Shown piece after piece: positions 58,551-64,000 of a DNA stretch of 64,000 nucleotides. A model generated the notes under the pieces. That model was not told the DNA's origin. It was given only the letters and a program-made list of their open reading frames with translations, and ran no database searches. Made by a program: the position numbers and the translations under genes. Position 1 is the first letter of the stretch. Each line of letters starts with the position of its first letter. Origin of the DNA: Rhodoplanes sp. Z2-YC6860 (lineage in GTDB: Bacteria; Pseudomonadota; Alphaproteobacteria; Rhizobiales; Xanthobacteraceae); NCBI RefSeq assembly GCF_001579845.1, contig NZ_CP007440.1:2810029-2874028 (forward strand), written 5' to 3'.

Positions 58551-59528
58551 TTGATGTCCGGTTTCACTTCTCTCGTTCTCAAGGCCTGCGCGGCGCTGGC
58601 GCTGCTCGCGGCTTCCGCGTTTGCAGCGCTGGCCGACACACAGCTTAAGGTCGGCGTGGTGTCGCGGACGATCTTCTATCTCCCGGCCTGGACCGCGATC
58701 GCGCAGGGCTTCTTCAAGAAGGAAGGCCTCGACGTCACCATCCAGGTCTACGACGGCTCTGACAAGATTTCCGACGATCTTCGCTCCGGTGCCGACCAGA
58801 TCGGCATGGTGCCGCTCGAAGGGCTGATCGCCGAGGTCTACAAGGGTGGAAACCTCGCAGCCGTTGCCGGCAACGCGCAGCGGCTGCCGCACTTCATCAT
58901 CACGCAGCCTGAGATCAAGTCGCTGTCGGGTCTGAAAGGAAAAACCATCGGCGTCGTCTCGATGAACGAGGGCACGACGTTTTTCGTCAACGACATGGCG
59001 AAGGCCGGCGGCTTCACGCTGGCCGACATCAAGGTCGAAGCCGTCGGTGGCTCGCCGACACGGCAGCGGCTGTTGAAGGAAAAGAAGATCGATGCGGCTT
59101 TGCAGCCCTATCCCTTGAGCTATGAGGCCGAGGAGGCGGGCTTCACCAATCTCGGCCCGATCGCCAACCTGGTGCCGGAGTATCTCTTCACTGGAACCAT
59201 CGTCGACCGGACCTGGGCCAAGGCCAACCGTGCCGCACTGGTCGGCTTCCTCCGGGCGCTTCGCCGCGGCACCGAATACATGTTCGCGCATCCCGATGAG
59301 TCGGCGGCGCTCGGCGCCAAGGAGCTTCGGACATCGGTCGTCTATGCGCGACGCGCGCTCGACGACACCGTCAAGATGAAGGTGATGGAGCGCGACCTTG
59401 GGCTTCCGGCCGCAAGCGTCAGCCGCGTGTTCGACAACGTGAAGGCGGCGAAGCTCATTCCCGCCGATGCGCAGATCGATCGCGGCAAGTTCATCGATGA
59501 ATCCTATCTGCAGGAGAGCAGCCGTTAA
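58551..59528 (+). CDS. ABC-transporter substrate-binding protein, NMT1/THI5-like (nitrate/sulfonate/bicarbonate family), orphan
   Basis: Signal peptide. 325 aa. SsuA/NMT1-like fold pattern. No adjacent permease or ATPase. Confidence 0.7.
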   Translation: MMSGFTSLVLKACAALALLAASAFAALADTQLKVGVVSRTIFYLPAWTAIAQGFFKKEGLDVTIQVYDGSDKISDDLRSGADQIGMVPLEGLIAEVYKGGNLAAVAGNAQRLPHFIITQPEIKSLSGLKGKTIGVVSMNEGTTFFVNDMAKAGGFTLADIKVEAVGGSPTRQRLLKEKKIDAALQPYPLSYEAEEAGFTNLGPIANLVPEYLFTGTIVDRTWAKANRAALVGFLRALRRGTEYMFAHPDESAALGAKELRTSVVYARRALDDTVKMKVMERDLGLPAASVSRVFDNVKAAKLIPADAQIDRGKFIDESYLQESSR

Positions 59529-60076
59529 TGTCCGCGCACGAGCTTGAATTCGATCTGCGTTCGTCGATCCGCACCATTCCGGACTATCCCAAGCCCGGGA
59601 TATTGTTCCGCGACATCACCACGCTGCTCGGCAACGCACGCGCCTTCCGCCGCGCGGTGGACGAGCTGGTGCAGCCTTGGGCCGGCTCCAAGATCGACAA
59701 GGTCGCCGGCATGGAGGCGCGCGGCTTCATCCTTGGCGGCGCGGTGGCGCATCAGGTTTCGGCCGGCTTCATCCCGATCCGCAAGAAGGGCAAGCTGCCG
59801 CACAAGCGAGTCAGCATCGCCTATTCGCTGGAGTACGGTATCGACGAGATGGAGATGCACGAGGACGCGGTCAGCAAGGGCGAGAAGGTGATCGTGGTCG
59901 ACGATCTGATCGCCACCGGCGGGACTGCGGAAGGCGCGGTGAAGCTCCTGCAGCGGCAGGGCGCCGACGTGCTCGCCGCCTGCTTCATCGTCGACCTGCC
60001 GGAGCTCGGCGGTGCGGACAAGATACGCAAGCTCGGCGTGCCGGTGCGAACGCTGGTCTCGTTCGAAGGGCACTAG
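59528..60076 (+). CDS. apt: Adenine phosphoribosyltransferase
   Basis: PRPP motif [13 protein letters not shown]. 182 aa. TAATG overlap with the upstream stop. Confidence 0.9.
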   Translation: MSAHELEFDLRSSIRTIPDYPKPGILFRDITTLLGNARAFRRAVDELVQPWAGSKIDKVAGMEARGFILGGAVAHQVSAGFIPIRKKGKLPHKRVSIAYSLEYGIDEMEMHEDAVSKGEKVIVVDDLIATGGTAEGAVKLLQRQGADVLAACFIVDLPELGGADKIRKLGVPVRTLVSFEGH

Positions 60077-60088
60077 GCGAGGTCAGGC

Positions 60089-60532
60089 TTGGCCTGGTCG
60101 CTGTTAACGCGAGGGAAAGAGAAGCCACCTCCCAGGGACCTTCAAGCATTTCTGTGTGAGCACTATTGGCTCAAGCGCGAGCAGCTGTCCGGCTGTGCGG
60201 ATGTCTTCGGGGCACTCCGCATCGCGGGCGACGACTGCTTCGATTTTATGCGAGAGCTTTCCAAATTTTTCGGTGTGGATTTGGGCGCCTATGACTGGAC
60301 CAAATATCACTTCAGTGAAGGCGAGGAGTTGGACTGGCTCGGTCTGGCCCGGGTGCTGAGCAGGTGGTTCGATGGAGCATCCAATGAGCCGGATCGACGT
60401 CGGCGGGTGTTCCCGATCAGCGTCGCCCATCTGGAGAAGGTGTTCGCAGACGGGCGCTGGAGCGATCCGAATCCGATGCCGCAGCCCCGGATGGGTCGGA
60501 TCGCCAGGCTCCTTTGCCGGGCAAACCAGTAG
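60089..60532 (+). CDS. DUF1493-like small protein (acyl-carrier-like fold family)
   Basis: TTG start with GAGGT RBS. FDFMRELSKFFGVDLGAYDWTKYHFSEGE resembles DUF1493. Could instead start at the internal Met54. Confidence 0.4.
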   Translation: MAWSLLTRGKEKPPPRDLQAFLCEHYWLKREQLSGCADVFGALRIAGDDCFDFMRELSKFFGVDLGAYDWTKYHFSEGEELDWLGLARVLSRWFDGASNEPDRRRRVFPISVAHLEKVFADGRWSDPNPMPQPRMGRIARLLCRANQ

Positions 60533-60538
60533 TTGCGA

Positions 60539-61354
60539 TCACCGCCAGCGAAAGCGCCGCCGGTCGGTCGGCCTGCCGTTCGTATTGAACTTGGCTGTGG
60601 TGCCGCGCGGGGCACTTGCCGGCGGGAGATTGGGTCCGCGCGGCAGCTTCGGGATCGGCGGCACCCTCGGCACGCCGCCCAGAAGCAGCCGCACCTCGAG
60701 ATCGCGAAACGATACGAAGGTCCGGCGGATCCAGCCCCACAGCTCGGTGGTGCCGTCGGTGGTCTTGGTGGCGTAGTCGATGAATGAAAACGTCCGCTTG
60801 TCGAGCGTGCCGCGCACCACCGGCGACAGCGCCGGGATCGTCACCGCAGGCCCGCCATGCTGGGTCGGCGGGAAGTTGCCGGCGTAGCTGATCGTCGGCG
60901 GCACGGCCTCGTTGAGCACCGGCACCACCGCGATGTCCGGAAACCGCTCGACCAGCGTGGCGTAGCCCTGCCGCGAGCGGTCGTCGGGATCGGCCACGAA
61001 CAGCACCATCAGCGCGATGTTGCGGCGCTGGGCCTCCTTCACGAAGTTGAGCTGCTGCACGAGCGCGAAGAACTTCGGGAACAGCGTGTGGCAGAGATCG
61101 ATGACTTTGGGGATTTCATCGCCGACGACGAGCTGGTCGAACAGCGCCATCTCGCCGCGGATGTCGTTGAGGCCGGCCGTTACCGTGCAACCCGGCAGAA
61201 AATCGATCAGCTTCGTCTCGCCCGGATTGATGTCGAAAGCGACGACCGATTTGCGCAGAGCCAGGAAATATTCGGTGAACGCGCGCGCAACCAGCGTCTT
61301 GCCGACGCGGGGGCGGGCGGAGGTGATGATGAAAATCGGTGTCTGCCGCGGCAT
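60539..61354 (-). CDS. ParA/MipZ-like P-loop NTPase paralog with classical (non-deviant) Walker A and a Pro/Arg-rich tail
   Basis: 271 aa. P-loop TSARPRVGKT (AxxxxGKT, lacks the KGG signature lysine). Co-linear with the upstream ParA-like gene, including the FD...IFD...VID Walker B region. Basic proline-rich C-terminal 50 aa. Confidence 0.55.
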   Translation of the reverse strand: MPRQTPIFIITSARPRVGKTLVARAFTEYFLALRKSVVAFDINPGETKLIDFLPGCTVTAGLNDIRGEMALFDQLVVGDEIPKVIDLCHTLFPKFFALVQQLNFVKEAQRRNIALMVLFVADPDDRSRQGYATLVERFPDIAVVPVLNEAVPPTISYAGNFPPTQHGGPAVTIPALSPVVRGTLDKRTFSFIDYATKTTDGTTELWGWIRRTFVSFRDLEVRLLLGGVPRVPPIPKLPRGPNLPPASAPRGTTAKFNTNGRPTDRRRFRWR

Positions 61355-61368
61355 GACACCGTCTCGGT

Positions 61369-62127
61369 TCAGGAGGCTTGCTTGGCCGCGCTCTTACGTT
61401 GAGCGACGTCGACCAGATCCATCAGCTTGATGCGATCGAACTCGGCCCAGACATTGCCGAGCCAGTGCCGGACATAGCCGCGCAGCACGAAAGAGAATGC
61501 GGCGTTCTGGGCGTCGGCCCCCTTGTTGGCGACGAACGACACGTAAGGCACCGACGCGAGCTCGACCTGCTCGCAGGCCATCTCGTTGAGCTTCGGGATA
61601 GTGATCTCGTGGGCGTCCTTGATCTTGCGGAAATACGAATTGTAAGTCGCCGGGTCCCATTCGAAGAACGAGGTGTTGTTGATGAAGTTCTTCACCAGGA
61701 TGTACTGCGCATCCTCCATGAAGGCTGCGGTGTCGCGAATCTCCTCAAGCGAGGCGATCGACGGGCCGAGCACATGGAACACCGTGAAGGTGAGCTGGGT
61801 CTTCGCGGCGGCGTCGAGGAAGCCGATGTCGCGCAGCGACTCCAGCGTCTTCGACAGAAGGCCCGCGCGGATGTCGATCACCGTGATCTGGGCTTCGGCG
61901 CTGGCCAGGGTGTCGAAGATCTTCATCTGGTCCGACGTCGACGTGATGTCGACCACATCGGTGATGTTCGGATGGAAGCGCTTCAGCGTGCCCTTCGGCG
62001 CCTCGGTGTCGAAGGCGCGGGTCTGGATGTTGTGCGCGACGAAATAGTCGAGCAGGGCACGAGAGACGGTCGTCTTGCCGACGCCACCCTTGTCCGCTCC
62101 AACGAGAACCACCGCAGGTTTTGCCAT
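61369..62127 (-). CDS. ParA/MinD/MipZ family ATPase (deviant Walker A)
   Basis: VVLVGADKGGVGKTTV deviant Walker A. 252 aa. 14-nt gap to the downstream paralog. Confidence 0.75.
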   Translation of the reverse strand: MAKPAVVLVGADKGGVGKTTVSRALLDYFVAHNIQTRAFDTEAPKGTLKRFHPNITDVVDITSTSDQMKIFDTLASAEAQITVIDIRAGLLSKTLESLRDIGFLDAAAKTQLTFTVFHVLGPSIASLEEIRDTAAFMEDAQYILVKNFINNTSFFEWDPATYNSYFRKIKDAHEITIPKLNEMACEQVELASVPYVSFVANKGADAQNAAFSFVLRGYVRHWLGNVWAEFDRIKLMDLVDVAQRKSAAKQAS

Positions 62128-62266
62128 GAACCACCTCTGCCGCGAATCGCGCAGTATATGAGTGTAACGATGGCCGCAAACCCGGCGAACATGCCAATTG
62201 AATTGGTCACGGCCGGATCGATATCCCCCAGCTTTTCAAAAGCCGTGTTGCCGGCGCGACACCGAA

Positions 62267-63442
62267 TCAGTTGCGCGGTGCGCCCCAGGGACCCGGCACC
62301 GGCGCAGAGCTTTGATTCGCCGGCTCAGGCTCCGCGCGTCTGCCACCCAGCACCACAGGCGGCTCGGACGGCAGGAACGGCTTCTGCCCGGGCGCAGTCG
62401 AATCCTCGGATTGCTGCCGGTCCTGCTGATCCGATTCGCTCGGCAGATCGATCGGGCCTGGGTCGTGGCCGCCGGCGAAATCCACCAGTGCCTTGATGCG
62501 GCTGTCGATCGATGGATGGGTCGCGAACAGATCGGCAAAGCCTTCGCGCGGATTGTCGACGCACATTTCCATGACGGCGGAGGTGGCGCTTTCGAGCTCG
62601 CCGCGGCTTTCGATCTTGCGCAGCGCCATGATCATGGCATCCGGATTCTTGGTCAGCTCCACGGCGCCCGCGTCGGCAAGATATTCGCGCCTTCGCGACA
62701 GCGCAAAGCGGATCGCGGTGGAGAGTAGCCACGCCACCACCACCAGCGCGATGGCGATGAGGATCGCGAATCCGCCGCCGCCTTTGCCCCGGTCGCTGTC
62801 CGATGACGACCGGCTGCTGCCGCCGCCCCAGCGCCAGCCGCCTTGAAAGAACATGCGGAACAGCAATTCGGCGAAGAAGCCGATCACGCCCGCAATGATC
62901 ACGGCGATCACCAGCATCCGGACGTCGCCGTTGCGGATGTGGGTCAGCTCATGGCCCAGCACCGCCTCGAGCTCCTGATCGTTGAGGTTGTCGAGCAGTC
63001 CGCGCGTCACCGTGATGGAATACTGCTTCTCGTTGAGGCCGCTGGCGAAGGCGTTCAGCGCCGGATCGTCCATGATCTTGAGCTTCGGCATGGTGATGCC
63101 GCGCGAGATGCAGAGATTTTCCAGAAGGTTGTAGAGCCGCGGCTGTTCGGCCCGGGTGACTTCGCTCGCGCCGGTGACGGCGTCGACCAGCGACTGGTTG
63201 AAGAAATAGGCGATGACGATCCAGACTGCGGTGCCGGCGGTTGCGAAGGGCGCGGCCCAGATCAGGTCCTGCAGCGCCTTGCGCAGCAGCCAGTCGAGCG
63301 AGGCGTCATAGGTCAGTCCTTCAGCGAGCAGGGCGCCCGCATAGACCATCACGTAGACCAAGAAGAACAGTCCGATCAGCAGCGCGATCGACCGCCGTTT
63401 GTTGGACTGGATATGGGTGTAGAGACCAAAGGCGGCAGCCAT
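62267..63442 (-). CDS. M48-family zinc metalloprotease (HtpX-like) with four TM segments and a C-terminal disordered tail
   Basis: HELTH zinc motif (HExxH). TM helices flank the protease domain. Gly/Ser-rich insertion. GGGAGTGG RBS. Confidence 0.8.
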   Translation of the reverse strand: MAAAFGLYTHIQSNKRRSIALLIGLFFLVYVMVYAGALLAEGLTYDASLDWLLRKALQDLIWAAPFATAGTAVWIVIAYFFNQSLVDAVTGASEVTRAEQPRLYNLLENLCISRGITMPKLKIMDDPALNAFASGLNEKQYSITVTRGLLDNLNDQELEAVLGHELTHIRNGDVRMLVIAVIIAGVIGFFAELLFRMFFQGGWRWGGGSSRSSSDSDRGKGGGGFAILIAIALVVVAWLLSTAIRFALSRRREYLADAGAVELTKNPDAMIMALRKIESRGELESATSAVMEMCVDNPREGFADLFATHPSIDSRIKALVDFAGGHDPGPIDLPSESDQQDRQQSEDSTAPGQKPFLPSEPPVVLGGRRAEPEPANQSSAPVPGPWGAPRN

Positions 63443-63484
63443 GCTCCACTCCCGCCATTGCGTTGTGACGGTCCAGAACTCGCC

Positions 63485-64000
63485 TCAGAACTTCACCTGA
63501 GGCGCCTTCTCGACCACGGCGCGCTCCTCGCCCACGTCGAAGAAGGTGCGCTGACTGAAGCCCAGCGAAGCGGCGAACAGCGCCGCCGGGAACTGCTGGA
63601 TGCCGGTGTTGTATTCCTGGACCGCGTTGTTGAAGAAGCGCCGTGCGGCCGCGAGCTTGTTCTCGATGTCCGACAGTTCGGACTGGAGCTGCTGGAAGTT
63701 CTGGTTGGCCTTGAGGTCCGGGTAGGCTTCCGACAGCGCGAACAGCTGTCGCAGGGCGCCCGAGAGCTGGTTCTCGGCCTGGGCCTGCTGGGCCGGTCCT
63801 TGCGCCGTCATCGCGGCATTGCGCGCTTTGACCACCTCTTCGAGGGTGCCTCGCTCATGGGCGGCGTAACCTTTGACGGTTTCGACCAGGTTCGGAATGA
63901 GGTCGTGGCGCTGCTTGAGCTGCACGTCGACGTCGGCGAAAGCCTGCCCAACCCGCTGCCGCATCGCGACAAGCTGGTTGTAGATCATGATGACCCACAA
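63485..64000 (-). CDS. lemA: LemA family protein (5' end truncated by window edge)
   Basis: C-terminal 171 aa show the LemA pattern (DLIPNLVETVKGYA..HE..TLE.V...R). Immediately upstream of the M48 protease gene. Confidence 0.75.
   Translation of the reverse strand: MWVIMIYNQLVAMRQRVGQAFADVDVQLKQRHDLIPNLVETVKGYAAHERGTLEEVVKARNAAMTAQGPAQQAQAENQLSGALRQLFALSEAYPDLKANQNFQQLQSELSDIENKLAAARRFFNNAVQEYNTGIQQFPAALFAASLGFSQRTFFDVGEERAVVEKAPQVKF

Overview
High-GC (about 65%) alphaproteobacterial chromosomal window. Gene content and repeat families look Bradyrhizobium/Rhodopseudomonas-like (Nitrobacteraceae): many REP-type GC-rich palindromes, Bug/TctC and TAXI-TRAP binding proteins, and a separate petA-petB-petC rather than the fused fbcH of B. 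japonicum. About 65 protein-coding genes are supported. No rRNA, tRNA, CRISPR, transposase or integrase genes were found.

Conserved housekeeping genes: petABC (cytochrome bc1), hemF, trmL, mtnP, apt, cca, metF, the MoxR-DUF58-BatA/DUF4159 operon with DUF1285 and CoA pyrophosphatase, and mbfA.

Accessory and catabolic blocks:
- A six-gene minus-strand block (DoxX, Gfo/Idh/MocA, long xylose-isomerase-like TIM barrel, 3-hydroxyacid dehydrogenase, cytochrome P450, class-I aminotransferase) split by a nested REP palindrome.
- An SDR plus gentisate-dioxygenase-like bicupin plus a TRAP-TAXI transporter with two tandem receptors.
- An IclR-controlled phenylpropanoid-like side-chain-shortening operon (HCHL-type hydratase-lyase, family-III CoA-transferase, acyl-CoA dehydrogenase, Bug binding protein, UbiD decarboxylase), with conspicuous operator palindromes.

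Most unusual observations:
- A 504-aa HTH-linker-SAM-methyltransferase-like protein translationally coupled to metF.
- A tandem pair of paralogous ParA/MipZ-like ATPases, one with a remodelled P-loop, downstream of lemA and an M48 protease.
- A DUF559 endonuclease gene bracketed by inverted REP copies (MITE-like cassette).
- A DUF900 lipoprotein hydrolase interrupted by a single in-frame TAA.
- A 463-aa outer-membrane protein made of two tandem beta-barrel modules.
- A 470-bp tail-to-tail intergenic region packed with stable hairpins (candidate structured RNA, identity unresolved).
- An Irr ICE-like motif in front of mbfA.

Coordinates come from the ORF track, with starts refined by codon arithmetic. 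Functional calls are from motif-level recognition only; no searches were run.
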